From Lama glama (Eukaryota), in contig CM052817.1 of assembly GCA_028534125.1 (NCBI GenBank), positions 44,580,001-44,644,000 on the forward strand: a stretch of 64,000 nt of DNA, in the 5' to 3' direction. Positions 26,523 to 40,339 of the stretch are shown piece by piece. Numbering within the stretch: the stretch's first letter is position 1; each line of letters begins with the position of its first letter. The position numbers were made by a program, and so were the translations under genes. Under the pieces are notes generated by a model, which made no database searches, was not told the origin of the DNA, and worked only from the letters and a program-made list of their open reading frames with translations.

Positions 26523-28599
26523 CTGTGCTTTTCTTAAAAAAACAAGCAAAAAACCCCTAGAAAGATTTAGTTTTCTATTACCAAATAGAAATAGGGCTCA
26601 TGAATTAGTTTAATTCAGTTATAGAGAAATAACTTCTCACTTGATATTTGCATTAATAAAAATGTACTCTCTGAATACATTTTAATGTAAATTCACTGTT
26701 ACTAGTTCAATTTTATTTCAAATTTCAGAGTGAGAGCCTTGACAACCTCTTAAAGGAGTTTTAATCCTCAGTGCAGGAATTAGAGGGACCTTTTTAGGGG
26801 ATGGAGTGATGTGCCTTGTGGCTGTCACCCTCGCATCCACTCCAGCTTCCGGGGGTGACTGGGCTGATCCTGGGGAGCCCACCTCCATCGCCACAGGGAC
26901 CACGCCAGGGAAGCTAAGGCCTCGGCCAGTCAGCACATGACATTTCCCAGGTCAGAGGGGTTGCTCACGGGCGATCAGCCAGCACTAAGGACTAACCTCC
27001 TCTCTCTAGAGGTGGACACTGAAACACGGGGCTGGCCTTAGCTTGAAATTGACACCACGGAAGGTAAAGAAAAACCATCTGGCAAGTTACTAAATCAAAT
27101 CGACTTTGAGACCACTGCTTCTAACCCTTCTGAGTCAATCTGTCTCTTTTATTGTTTAACACAGTCTCAGCGGGGCTTTGTGTTACAGGCAACCCAAAAC
27201 CCCAGCAATGTTGTGGCTGGAGAGGGGGACTCTCTCAGCTCTGAAATCTCAATGTATGAGTAAGGCAAGGCCTCAAAATAGCTCACACTTTAATGTCTTT
27301 TTTTTCTAGAAGAGTATTCAATGAGAAAAACCAACAAAGAAAAGAAAACAAATTCTATGAAGTGAAAAAAACCCCAAAAAACCCAAGGTGTCCCTAGTTT
27401 CCCATGTTTATCTTCACCCCAACCTGTGGCATTGTTCTCCCGGTGACCTCTGTGCAATGGATCGCTCTTGCTTTCCGCTTTCCTTCTTATTTTCTTCCTT
27501 AAAGATGGATGGGAGGATAAGGAGGAGGAGGAGGAGAAAGCTGGAGGAGGGAGGCAGGGAGGCAGGCAGTCAGGCACCAGCTTCCTGCTTCTGATCAGGT
27601 GGAGGGAGCATTCCTTGTTAGCTCTTACATAAAACTGGGAATGTGTGCGCCCATTGTTCAGGGGTATCGGGTGACTCGAGAGAACAATCCATTCTGCAAA
27701 TTCCACCGACAGCGCGTGACCAGGTGATGCAAGCAGTGGATCACAACGCACGGAGGTTGTTTGATCTGTCGTGGATACCAGGCCTGGCAGCTACAGGATT
27801 ATTATATTTCACTCACTCCATTTCTCTCTCACAGACCACTCCTAGACTCTTCCAGTCACCTCCCAGGCCGGAGTTTAGAACAAGCCACTGGACAGGATAC
27901 TTATCAAAGTGCAAACATTGACTTTACAATGTGGCAGTTAAAAATAACCTGTCAGAGGCTCCGAGTGCGTCAGGGAAGGCCATCATCCCGTGTGGTGTAC
28001 GGTGGACCCAAGACTTCCTCCCTGAGGCCTCCTCTCCCACATTCCTTTATTTCCTTTCTGTAGCTGCAAACCATGTTCAAAGGGGGCCACTGTCTGTAGG
28101 ACAACAGATTTTTAAGTTTCTTCCCTTTACCATTTACTCTTTAAAGCCTTTGGGGACAGCAGACAAATCTCAAACAGGCTGGTGCACAGAAGAGCAGGGC
28201 ACAGGAGCCAACTAGCTCCTCCTCCTCCTTCTCGTCTTCCTTCTCTTTCTCCTTCTTCTTTTTTGCATCCAGAAGCTTGTGGATCCAGCAAAAGAAGTAC
28301 AACTTCCCAGGTGTGGTTTCAGCTCCCAAAGCTGACCATGAGGTCAGGAGGGAGTCTGAGACCAAAAAGTCCAGACAGCACAAAGGTAGACTCAGGGCAC
28401 GGCCACAGAAGAGCAGAGGATGTCACGGACGATTTTTGAATGGGATATAGGGGGAAAAGGCCCCTGCTGAATAATAAAGGATTGGATCCTTGCATCCATA
28501 TTGAAGCAAAGAGTCAAGACCCTGCTGGTTAAGGCTAAATTAGAACAGGCTCTGTGCTTAGAAGAATGAGATTTAAGAACCTTGAAAAACCATACTGAA

Positions 28600-29105
28600 A
28601 GAACACTCGAAACTCTGCATTAAAAAAACCAAACGATACAAATGGGAAAATGGGCCAAAGACATGAAGATATCCTCAGACAAAGAGGATATATGACAGTA
28701 AACAAGGACATGAAAAGGTGATCAACATTACTAGCCTTTAGGGAGGTGCAAATTATTAAGACCACAGTGAGATGCTATTATACACCTAACTAAAATAAAA
28801 AATAGTAATAATACCAAATGCTGACGAAGATATGGAGAAACTTGACCTCTCAAACATTGCTGAGGGGAATGGGAAATGCTGCAGCACTCTGGAAAATAGT
28901 TTGGTAATCTCTTTTAAAACCAAACACACTTACCACATGACCCAGCAATTGCACTCCTGGGCATCTGTTCCAGAGAAATGAAAACTTACATCCACATAGT
29001 AACCTGTACACCCAATTGCTCTTGGCAGCTTTATTTGTAATAGCCCATAAGTGGGAACAACCAAAATGTCCCTCAGTAGCTGAGTGGTTCAACTGTGGTG
29101 CATCG
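28600..29105 (+). mobile_element. Old L1 (ORF2 C-terminus) fragment
   Basis: Reads aaaatgggccaaagacatgaagatatc...acccagcaattgcactcctgggcat...gggaacaaccaaaatgtccctc. Confidence 0.85.
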
Positions 29106-29372
29106 TGTAAAATCATTTACCTCAATTACACAGAGTCCAGAAGGGGGAGCCCTCACACCCTGGGAGGACAGCCAAGCTCAAAAGGAAGGAGAAAACAACT
29201 CTCCACCCGCCTACCCCAGGTTAAGGACTCAGCCAATGAAAAGCCAGGGACTCTTTGTTTACTATCGTCCTCCCAACTTCCTCTTCCTTGTATAAAAGTG
29301 TTCGCCTGCCCTTGCCCTGTGGAGACCTGCGCGTGACTCACCTTGACCCTGCACTGCAGTTCTCTGCTAACC
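29106..29372 (+). mobile_element. ERV1-like LTR fragment (U3-R) with CCAAT and TATA boxes
   Basis: Begins with TG where the L1 similarity stops. CCAAT is at 29233-29237, TATAAAA at 29291-29297 and TGACTCA at 29334-29340. Confidence 0.55.
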
Positions 29373-30543
29373 ACTGCCCTGTCTCTCAGCTCTTCTCCGC
29401 CAAGGTTCGAGAAAGAATATTCTGCCCAGATTGGCTCCATGCTTCTTCCGCTTTAATTAAACGCCTCGCTTGGCCATCTGACCTCCGCCTTATTAAAACC
29501 GCGAAGACTTCCGGGTTGTAAAAGGGAAAGGACTCGTGTCAGCCCCTGTGTGCTGTCTGACCTTGCTGTCCTCTCCCTCCCCACGAACACCCTCCTCTTG
29601 GACTTCCTGACGGCAGGCTCCTGGCCTCCCTCCCACCCCTCTGTCCAGCTCTCCTTTTACCCTGCTTTTCAGGTTCTATGCCCAGCCTTCTGCTTGTCCC
29701 TACGTCCTTCTTCTCCTCTCTACACTCTAAATGGGAAATCTCAAAATCCATGATTTCACTTAACACCATTATATGCACGATGCGGGCCAGGTCCCTTTGC
29801 CGGGCTTCCAGCAGCTCTCGGAGGCCTCCGCCTGGCCCTTCAAGTTCAGCACACCGGGACTGAGAACAGCCTTTACCCTCTCCACCGCCTTCTGCTCCGG
29901 CCCTTCCTTCTTTTCCTCCTGTACCCTCTGCAGGGAAGGGTGGCACCAACCGCCCGGTCACCTCGCCTCCCTCTTCCGCAACTTCCATCCACCCCGCAGC
30001 CACGCCCTCCGGGTTTAGCTTTCATGCAGCCTGCACCCTCCCCTACTCTGACGCCCCTTGTTTGTTATCCGGCATGTTCCACCAGTCTCCTAGTTGGTTT
30101 GCCTCCAGGCTCCTCCACACCCCTAGCCCCCAAACAAAAATGTGCTCGGGTCATACATTGCTCAAAATCTGGCCTTGGCTGCGCGCGGTCTTCCTGGTGA
30201 GGGCCGGCACCCTCATGAAGCATCCTCCGGAACAGGCTTCCCGCCTCCCTCCCAGTTCCGCTCCCACCGGTTTTACACGAATGCCCTTTGCGGCAACCAT
30301 TCTGGCCCACTGGTCGTCCCCCAAGTGCACCCTTACTCTGCCGCTGACTCCTATCCTGTCCTTCAAACCCTGTTCAGTTGGGTGTCACTTCTCATGGAGG
30401 CTCTTCCCAACGAGCCCCAGCTGAGTTAGCACCATCGCCTCCACTCCTGTCGCACGTGCACTGAGGTTGTCATGCATGGCCTCCACTGTATCCTCCCTAA
30501 CTTCAAGATAGACTACAGGCAAGGGTAGTGTCCCCTCCTTCCC

Positions 30544-30547
<4 letters not shown>

Positions 30548-30595
<48 letters not shown>
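30548..30595. repeat. (TG)24 microsatellite
   Basis: A perfect dinucleotide run read directly. Confidence 0.97.
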
Positions 30596-30596
<1 letters not shown>

Positions 30597-30770
30597 TGTA
30601 GCATATTTCCCCAAGTTTTATTTTATTTTGAAAACTTCAAACCTTTAGCAAATATGAAAGAGTGGCAAATAAACATTTATATACCTTCTACCAAATTTCA
30701 CCATTTGTTAACATTTTGCTCTATTGTGCACCCTTCCTTCCTCTCTCCTTCCTCAACTCTATAAAATCTT

Positions 30771-31211
30771 TGACGGCACTGGGTTGAAGAGTGTCCCCCA
30801 AGAACTCATGTCTACCCCAGTAGCTGTGAATACAGCCTTATTTGGAAATAGGGTCTTTGCAGATAGACCCAAGATAAGATGAAGACACACTGGATTAGAA
30901 TGGGCCTTAATCCAATGACTAGTGTCCTTAGAAGAAGGAAATTTGGACAAAGATGCACAAAGAGAATATCACATGGAGACAGAGGCAAAGATGTGGCTGC
31001 AAAGCAAGGAATGCCAAGGAAGGCAGGCAACCACAGAAAGCTGGAAGAGGCGAGGAAGGATCCTCCTGTACTGGCTTTGGCAGAAGCATGGTCCCATCAC
31101 CACCCTGAGTTCAGATTTCTCCCCTCCAAAACAATGAGAAAATAAATTTCTGTTGTATTAGGCCACCCAGTTCATGTTAATTTGTTATGGCAACCCTGAG
31201 AAACTAAGACA
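30771..31211 (+). mobile_element. MLT1B/C solo LTR nested in an older minus-strand L1ME
   Basis: Reads ttgaagagtgtccccc...ccttatttggaaatagggtctttgcagat...aataaatttctgttg...gaaactaagaca. L1ME-like sequence lies on both sides (about 30620-30760 and 31330-31970). Confidence 0.88.
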
Positions 31212-31479
31212 ATAATCTTATATGTTTACACATATACACACAATGTATCTAATTAATATATCTATTAGTATAAATATAAAACCAATGTATAGTAGAAAGT
31301 AAATATTAATATATCTATTAACATTGGTATAAAAATTTTTTTTACTGAACCCTTGAAAGTAAGCTTTAGGCATCATGATTTGGGCCTCCAATACTTTAGT
31401 AATATGTGTCTCCTAGGAATAAAGACATTCTCTTATATAATTACAATATCATTATCATACTTCAAAAATGTAACATTAA

Positions 31480-31612
31480 TACAATAATATAATACAGAGT
31501 TTATGTAATACAGAGTATATTTAATATGAAGTATATATATAACAGAGTATATATATATATATATATATAATATAGGGTATATATAATACATAATACAATA
31601 TAGAGTAGATAT
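31480..31612. repeat. AT-rich / (TA)n low-complexity repeat
   Basis: Units of taatacagagt and (TA)n runs. Confidence 0.8.
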
Positions 31613-33129
31613 TCAAACTTCCTAACAATGACATTTATAGCTTTTTTAAAAAAAAATTCAAGATCCATTCAGGGTTCATTCATTGTATTTAATTATCATG
31701 TTTCTATAAGCCCCTAATCCTGCAACAATTCCATCTTTTCTCTTGACACTGACATTGTTAAAGAGTCCAGGTCAGTTTTGCACATAGCCCCCAGATTTGG
31801 ATTAGTCTGATTGTTTCCTCGTGATTAGATTCAGGTTAAAACAAGTTTGGCAGGGTGATAGCGTACCCTTCTTTGTGCACCACATCAGGAGGCAAACTGT
31901 GACATTTGATTTGAATACCAGTGTTCATTATTGGTAATGGTAAGTTTGGTCATGTGGTTAAGGTGGGGTCTTATTGTACTCCCAATACTTGTCAATAGGC
32001 CCGTGAGCCCTTAATTATTCATTGAATGAGGCTTAGGAAGTACAAGTGGTCTGTACTGAAACTAAAAAATTTGAATGTTTGGCAGCATGCAGAATTTCTT
32101 ATTACCCATCTACATCACCTCTTATTAACCATGGACACCACTGGGGCACAGTGACTCTGCCACCCCCACTTCTACAGTGTTAATGCTCTGCACTGAACTG
32201 TGAAATCTTTTGTGCAGGCTGAGTGGTATTGGTTTACATAGAACTCAACTGTGAGCTGAGAAGGCTTGGAACACAGTCTTAGGATGGCTGCTGTAATGCT
32301 CAAAAATAAAGTGAATGACGTCTTATGACTTGAACATCACTATTTTCTTCCAAGATATTTTATTTAGGTTCCAGCAATTTAGGCTCATTTCCAGAGTTTG
32401 CTAATATGTTTGTAATAGCAACATTATAAAGTGTTAATTCTGAAAACTGTGTGTTTTATCTTTCAATACACAAGTGGCCTTCAGGTAGCTTAAAACCCCA
32501 GGGCTTATTGCCTGTAAATCAGCGTCTGTCCATCATATTTAATCACTGGTCACTATTTTTACAAAGATATTTAACTTTAATCAAATCCTTAAAGGGAATG
32601 TTAGAGATTAGATCAAGAATAATTTAAAAAAATAAAAGGCTCTTGTTATGGAATCAAATACTAATAATGAAGTCATGTGATTTAGCGAAGTCTCCTGAAC
32701 TGAACAGCAGTGACACAAACCTACCCCTGACCCAAAGATGAAAATGATGGACCCTGAGTGCTGTAACAGCAGTGGTCCCTTCTCACACACAATGAGGATG
32801 GATGCTCTTCTATGATTTGTGGTTTCTAGTTTTAGGTGTACAGATATTGGGGGAAAGCTGTAGTAATTGTTCTAATTGGCTTGGTCTGAGTTAACATCAC
32901 ACGTTGAATGAGACACAGGAAAAAACCACACCAATAAAGAACGTTGGTGAGCTCTCCTTTGCTTCAGTGTTTACGAGGTACTGCGTGCAGCTAATGGAAA
33001 CTTGGGTGGCGCTGATAGAAATTTACCGAGTAGAAAAACACGGTCCATAGACAGCACCGGTAGCACTATAGCCACTCATGGACATCATTCTAACAGAGAA
33101 TGGGGACCACCTGGATCACAGCAGAGGCG

Positions 33130-33365
33130 AGTCACCTAGCAATGGTGTTAAGAGGGAAGTCTTAGGAGCAAAATCACCTGGTTCAAAGTCAGGCTCCGTT
33201 ACTAGCTGTATAACTTTGAGCACATTGCTTTACCTCTCTGTGACTGTTTTAGAAGATGGGGATAATACTTCATAGGGTTGTTGTAAGATTTATATGAGTC
33301 AATATATATAAACTGTTTAAAATGACACCTGGCATATAATATGTAACCAATACATTTGATTATTT
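33130..33365 (+). mobile_element. MIR SINE
   Basis: Reads cctggttcaaagtcaggctccgttactagctgtataactttgagc...cttcatagggttgttgtaagatt. Confidence 0.8.
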
Positions 33366-34554
33366 ATTATTTCTGGCGTCATCATTGTCATCACCATCAT
33401 TATCAGGAACAAGTGGTGGAACAAAAGCAGGGGACGATGAAAAGGAGACGTGTAGGGACACGATTGGTCTCTTCAAATGCTTGGAATGCTGCCAAAAACA
33501 AGAGGGATTAGATGATTTCCACATGTCTCTGGGAACACATATACTATATCAAAGGGTATAAATTACAGGAATTTGGAATTAGGCTCAATATATGATGATC
33601 ATCTTTTTCGTGGTTAGAGTTATCTGAAGATCACGGGCTTGCTCTACGTGAGAGGTGTCCTAGGTTACTGGGCTATTCAGTCTGACCCTGGATGATTCTT
33701 TGGGATTTAAGAATTAGTTGGAAGACTGAATCAGGTAATCCAAGAGAACCTAGCCTTGTGAGTCTATCGTCAAATGCACCACTAGAGCATCGAGCAGAAT
33801 TTTAATGAATAATTAACATATAAGAAGCTCTGCACAAATAAAAACTATGTTGCAGTACTGTCACACCTTACATCTCCCAGATCTACTCATCAGTCTTTCT
33901 TCCCTTTTCTACCGAGACACAAACAGGAAAGAGATGCAGTAAAGAGATGTCAACCGAATAATACACTCAGATGCACCTTCAAAACATAAGCCCCTTATCT
34001 TATAGGAGTTTAATGTCTAAACTCAGTCAGTGTATATGATAAAAATCACATAGAGACAAAATTGCCCTGAGAAATCTAGGAAGGAATCACCTTGATAACT
34101 GCCTCTTTGCGAGCCCAGCACAGTCATTTTCCCTCCAGTGTTGGAACTGATCTCAGCTTTTCTGGTTCAGCACTAAATAGAGGAGGAGTTGGCTTGAATT
34201 TAAGTGCCAAGTTCTAAGACAAATATATATGTTTAAACAGTACACTTAGTCAGGAGGAAGAACTATTTGTTCTGTGGGGAGGTGAGACAAAATGAGACCA
34301 ATGAGATTCATGTCACGTACTTATTCTCATTTTAGGACATATATTCAGTGATGGAACGTCAAGCTGAATTCATTGCACCATTTAAATTGCAATTATTCTC
34401 TTTTGTCTATTTCTTTTCTTTTTTTTTCTGTTTTTCCAAGTGCACAGAGTTGAAGCTGCTGGAGTTAAATGCATTCCTCTGAACCTTTAGGAGCAAGCCA
34501 GGGCTTCGTAGTCAGCAATCACTCTCTTTCAGTCCACAGTTTCTATGACTACTC

Positions 34555-34950
34555 CCTGACCCCAGGAAACGTGCTCGATTGCTTATCCAGCATCCTTCTT
34601 TCTTCCGGGAAAGGCACCCCTTCTTTGAGGGGGAGTGCCCCTTCCCCACTGCAGTAAGTGATTCTAGGGTGCCACCAACCATGGTGCCTCATTGGCCGCA
34701 CAAGAAGGCATGTGACCTAAGCCTCCCCTGGGATTTCTGCAGTTGCAACCAGAGACTAGTTCTCAGTCTATGGGTTTTAGGTAGACAACAAGCAGAGAGA
34801 GGCAGTGTTAGGAGATGGAAAGAGGGTTCCTGGCTCCATTCTTGTCCTGGTTCCAGTAATCGCTAGGGTCCAGCATGCCCCTGCCCTTCCCATGATGACC
34901 CAATAAAAATCTTCTTTATACTTAATTGGGTTACAACACTTCTAAAAAAG
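34555..34950 (+). mobile_element. Ancient ERVL LTR (LTR16/LTR33-like)
   Basis: Reads ttgcttatccagcatccttctttcttcc...ccccttccccact...cccaataaaaatcttcttt. Confidence 0.5.
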
Positions 34951-36160
34951 AGAATTTTAATACAGCCCTCAAGAATTTGATTCCTTGACCTGTACAAATC
35001 TCAATTCCCTAGGTAAATGAGGGAGTACTCAGAAATAGGCTTGGATACCTCATCCCATACTTCTTACAGCACACGTGGGAATATGTTCATTTTTAGGCGG
35101 CTACATAGAGCCCTAACCAAATATGGAGCTTCTTCTTAAATCCTTTCAAATTAATTAGATTATTTCATACATGGAAGGAAGAGAGGAAGGAAGGAAGGAA
35201 AAGAGGAAGAAGGAGGGAGGGAGGGAGGGAGGAAACCTGTGCTTTAATGAGAACCTACTCTGCCTTTGCCTCTGTCTTTCAAAGTCTTCAGAGAAGGGGC
35301 TCTTATTTAACCACAGCAAACATTTCCTGAGCGCCTGTTTTGTGCAGATGCTGGTGTGGGACGGAGGAGACTGCACAAACAACAGACACAGTTCCTGCCC
35401 TCAGGAGGCTCTACACCCAAAGGATTCTTGAATTTGAGTCTCCCCAGAATACCTCTAACAGGTTCATTCTTTTTTTTCTATTTATCAGAAACAGAGATAA
35501 TTTGGTATTTAGTATGATTCTTAAGAATCTAGCTCTCACTCTTCAGTAGGAACACACCTACACACAGTATCAAAATAACCATCTTGCACTTTCTGAGAAT
35601 TATTTGAGTAGACATTTCTCTATAGCTTAAATAAATCTCTCATTTTCAAAGCTGTCCTGGATTAAAAAAAAAACTGAATTAAGGAAATTCACCACAACTG
35701 CTAGCATTTACTTTGGAAGGAAAAAGGCTGTGCATCCCATTCCTACATGCATAGTAGTAGACCATTCAGTTCTGTTTCATTTACGGGGGTGGGGCTAGGA
35801 AACCTTGGTTCAATGAGTGGTCCAAGGTCACACGGTGACGAATTCCGGCCCCGGGTCCTACTTTGCAAATGCCTGGTCTTTCCTCCCTCTGCTAGTAAAC
35901 ACAAGCCTTCATTGACCTGAGAACTAGATCAGATCCCAGGATGTTTAAGAAATTTCCAAGTTGACCTCAGCCACTGACTGGAGACTTAATGTCCAAAAAT
36001 AAACCCTAAGAATTCTCTAGTAAATCAGCAACTCAGCAGAGAGAAATACTTTAAATTTCATTTACATGGACAAGAATCCAAAATCTTATCTCTCTATCTA
36101 GCACATCATCTGAAAAAATGACAAGCTAGCCAGAGAGGAATTCTGAGAAGCTGCCCAGTC

Positions 36161-36200
36161 AGAGCCGAGAGCAGCAGAGCCGAGAGCAGCAGAGCCGAGA
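36161..36200. repeat. 15-bp tandem repeat (AGAGCCGAGAGCAGC)x2.7
   Basis: Reads agagccgagagcagc agagccgagagcagc agagccgaga. Confidence 0.9.
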
Positions 36201-39200
36201 AGAGTCCACCAGGCACGCAGGGTTAGGAGTGCTCTGTTCTTGGGATGCAGCTTGACTGCTGGGGGTAGGGGTGGGAAAGGAAGGGAGGGGACCTCTCTGG
36301 ATGTTCTGTCATCAATAGTCCAGCTAATTTGCCTACACATATTCAATGTCCACCATGAGTAAACTGGGGTGACTCGCCAGTTCCTAGACAATAAAAGCGT
36401 GGTGCAGGACAGGCAAACACACTAACTCTTCCCCACCTGTGCCCATGGCAGGCATTTTCCACTCATCAAAGCTCAGACTCCTCTTATAACAGGGAAGACC
36501 AGGCAGTTGACACTTAGAAGAAACCTTATCGCTACCCTTGGTCCTTTGGGCACTAAGTGTCTAATCCCTTTTTGTAACACGGGGAGTGAGAAAGTCACCA
36601 AATCTGTTGTGCAGCACCAAGAAACCTATTTGAAGACAGTTTTGATGATAATACAATGAATGGAAGTCTCGTGGGGTAGGAGAGGCTTTCCTCAAGTGAG
36701 AACATCAGTAACTCATCACCGAATTCCAGGTATGATGAGAGTTTGGCTGGAAATAAAACTCTGCGTTGGCTAGCCCCGAGGAGGTGCTCAAGCCTCCCTG
36801 TAAAATTTGCTTTGCACAGATCTGCCCTGCATTTGTGGGACTGGGGCTGGAACTGGAGAGAGCAGGTGTGATTCATGAAATGACCAGGACCAGAAGCTCA
36901 GAGAACCAGGACTGGAGACCAAACTCAAGTGCACTTATGGACTGGATTTCCCCAGGGGTGGGCACTGGGACTCTTTTTCTGTGATGTGCTTATTGATAAT
37001 ATCTACTAGCCAATGGTTTTGGTTTCCTTTTTTTTAAAAAAAAAAAATCACACTCCTTTTTTCATTCAGCGTGATCAAAGTGCTGCTACCAGAGAGTGTC
37101 AGCTGATTCAGGCCATTCCATGCAGGGGTTTCTCCCGCTGCCCGGCGGGGAGGCTCAGGTAAGGTAAAGTCTGATGGCCTTGCAAAGGAGCCCCAGTTCT
37201 TCACACCATAAGCATTTCAGCTTATAGCTTCATCTGCTCTCAACACAAGGAACTAACAGGGCAGGGACATGGCACAATTTGGACTTTAGAATTATCATTT
37301 TCGTAAAATGAAGGATGGATTTTAGGGGAGCATGATTTGAGACTGTTACAAAACCTGTTACAAAGCTATTGTAATTGACCAGGCTAGAGATGAAGAGAGA
37401 CTGAGTGAGAGAAAAGACGGAGGAAGGGGAATAAACTTGAGTAACTGTAGGAGGTAAAACCAGCAGCCTTGGCAATTGATTGACCTTAGTGGGTGACGGA
37501 GAGGGAAGACTCCATGGTGGCTTCTAAGAAGGACCAGAACCCACATCCCCTTAGTCTATTGCTAGTTTCCCTTGTTTTCCACTAACCTGACTCTCCCAAC
37601 CTCTCTCATTGCCTTTGGTTTACTATGAAATATCATGTCTGATGATCAGAAGTGACTTACTTACATGTAACCATATTCCTTGCCAGGCCCAACGTCAACA
37701 AGCTGAGCTTTCAGCCCACCTGATATTTGAGAAAAGGTCAAGACCAATTCACGTCTGATTCTTCATAAAGGTATTTAACAGTTGGGTGAGAGTGATAAGT
37801 CTATCCATGTCGGAAGAAAGACCACCTATTGGATGTCTTAATATGACCATAAATAATCAAATTAAATTTGGCAGTGGAAAACCTTTACCCAGACAAGTCT
37901 CAGCTTGAGTTTATATGCTTTTCAGATGTAATATCCAGCTCTGGTCATTGACCAATACTGCAAAAACCAAGGCAAATTTTATATCCTCAGTTCATTAATT
38001 CCGTTGGAATAAAAGCCAAGCCACTGAAGAGTTTAAAGGCAGAAGACAATTAGAAGAGCTGGAAACAGTGGTCAATTTGTTAATTAGAAGCTCAAAAGGC
38101 AGTAATAAATAAGTAATAACAATTTGAAGACCACAGCCCTGGTTGTGAACCACAGGCTGGCCTGAGGGGTGTGGCATGTTGCAAAGCATTAAAGCATTTT
38201 ATAGGACTTGTTCACACAGATGTAGGTGTGCTTACTGTTTGGGTACTTTTATGAAATTGCCAATGAAGTCAATTCTGATCAATCTCCCTTCTTTGTTCTC
38301 TGTATTTTAGCAAAGTATTAACCATTTTCGACCTTAGCCCCTGCATAAAGCTCCCCCCAGTTAGTAACTACTTCGGCCTGGGAGAAGGTCTGGACGGATT
38401 TTTTCCAATTCTCCCTCTCTGGAAATACCTCACCAAGTTATGAGAAACGCGTGACTCAGTGACCATGGCGGGGGACCCCCCCAACCCCCAGCCCCTTAGA
38501 GCCACGTTAGGTTCTCTTTCCCTTCCCCACCCTACTCAATGTGGGTAGTGGCTCCCCAAAAGGCCACCAGATTCCAAGGTTAAATGTTTTCCCACTTTGT
38601 CCCTCGATCCCAGGCACCCTGCAAAGGGTACAGCCTCTAAAGCAGGCCGGTGAGGATGGAAAACAAGGAAATTTTGAGAAAATAGTCCATGTTCCAAATC
38701 TACCAGTTTCCTGCTATGCTTTCCTTGATTATTCTGCTCTTACCACTTAGCAGGAAGAGTAGAAAAGAATGAAAAGGATTTTTTCTGAAAATCAAAACTC
38801 AGTTCATGGCCTGCCCTTCTTTCTCTCGTCAGGAGGTGCCCTCCCCAGGGAAAGCTGGAGCATCCCAAGAATCTGTACAAGTTCACAACCAATCGCTCTT
38901 TACCATCATGGGAGCGAATCTCAGGAAATGAGCTGAGTGCCCCCAAGGGGGATGAAAGCATAGTCTCAGGTTGTGTGAATCACACGGCATAGGTTTAAAC
39001 CATGGAACAAGCTCATCCTGGTACTTAAGTGCCCATTTCCACAGAGTCTGCGTGCCAGCCCTTCAACCTGACCCTGGACCCTATCTTTTTAGCCCTTCAT
39101 CCTATATCCACCTGCCACATTTAGGCCAACCTCTGTCTTGTCATCCTCTAGGTCCTTGGAGAAGGGGATCTTCCTATTTAGGCCTCATGTCCCTTCCTTT

Positions 39201-39960
39201 GGCTTCTGGTCGAAATTCCTCTGCTAAAGGTCACCCAACCCATCCCTGAAGCCCACCCTGGCCTCTGCCTGTAGGCATCCTTGGAAGCACCTTATCTCGA
39301 TCCTGAGGAGAGGCCCCTTATTCTGTTTCTGCAACAGGGTTGCCAATCTCACTTCATGATCTGCCTCCCATCTTCTCCCCACCCCTTCCCAGCCCATCTG
39401 GCCATGCGTCACCAGCCAACCAAGGATCACAGTGTCCCAACCCCCAGCCCTGCCTCTCCTGCCACCCTCTGTAACAGGGACAGACAAGGGTGAACAGTAA
39501 CACAAGGGTATTCTGTTTGAAATATATTTTCCTGAGTGAGAACTGCCAGGCTCTTGTACCTCAAATCCTCCGCAATCCTGGAAGAAAGAAGTTTTTGTTT
39601 TCACCTCGTAGAGCACACAGCTGCCACCCTGCCATGCAGCCCTCAGCTTATCACAGGTGAGGACTTGGCAGGTATTATTCTGAGAAGCAGCAGACGTGAT
39701 GGAAAAGGCCTTGGGGAAAGGTGGTGTGTGTGTGTGTTTGTGTGTGGGGGGGGCAGGCGGTGCTGAGTGGTGGCGTCAAACCGTCTGTGGATATATCGGA
39801 GGAAAAGGAAAATCTTGAAAACAGCAGCATAAGCATCATTCTAGGGACATTAAACCTTGGCCTCCTAGAAACCACTAGGAGCAAGTGATGATCTTAAGCC
39901 ATGTGTATCGTTTATTTTGTCACAGTGTAAGCTGGGGAGTATCAGCCCATCCTGCTGGTC

Positions 39961-39975
39961 CCAGCAGATGGCAGC
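39961..39975 (+). promoter_or_regulatory. Candidate CTCF site
   Basis: CCAGCAGATGGCAGC fits the CCASYAGRKGGCRS consensus. Confidence 0.5.
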
Positions 39976-40339
39976 TCAGCCTTGGCTTCTGCTGCCACCT
40001 TGTGTTTTAGAGAAGAAAGTCTAAGTTTACGGCATTGCTCTGGCACCAAGAAACCAGCCAACATTTTAGAGCTGGAAGAGATCTTAGAAATCTCTAACCC
40101 AGCTCCCTTCAACTCACAGATAAGGAAACCGAGATTCCGACTGGAACCCAGAGCCCCTAGCTCCTTCCTCTGCACCACCCCACTTCTCTGGATAATTACA
40201 TTCACAGCACATGCACTCAGGTCAGGTCCTCAATAACTCAGGCCACCGATCTGCATGGCAGCAAAACCAATGTGACCAAATCTGTATGCGTCTCAACCAG
40301 TAAAAACATTTCCAAGAGACTGCAGTTCTGTGCAACAGG

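Noticed and set aside
29539..30003. 154-aa minus-strand ORF
   Set aside because: Low-complexity G/E/R composition from a GC-rich, L2-like tract, with no recognisable domain.
36161..36200. Short direct repeats as a CRISPR-like array
   Set aside because: Head-to-tail units with no spacers in a mammalian intron, consistent with a simple slippage duplication.
37073..37080. TCF/LEF motif as a possible orthologue of the human TCF7L2-linked SHROOM3 intron-1 variant
   Set aside because: ATCAAAG occurs several times in the window. As I recall, the human variant is much closer to exon 1, and it cannot be assigned without alignment.
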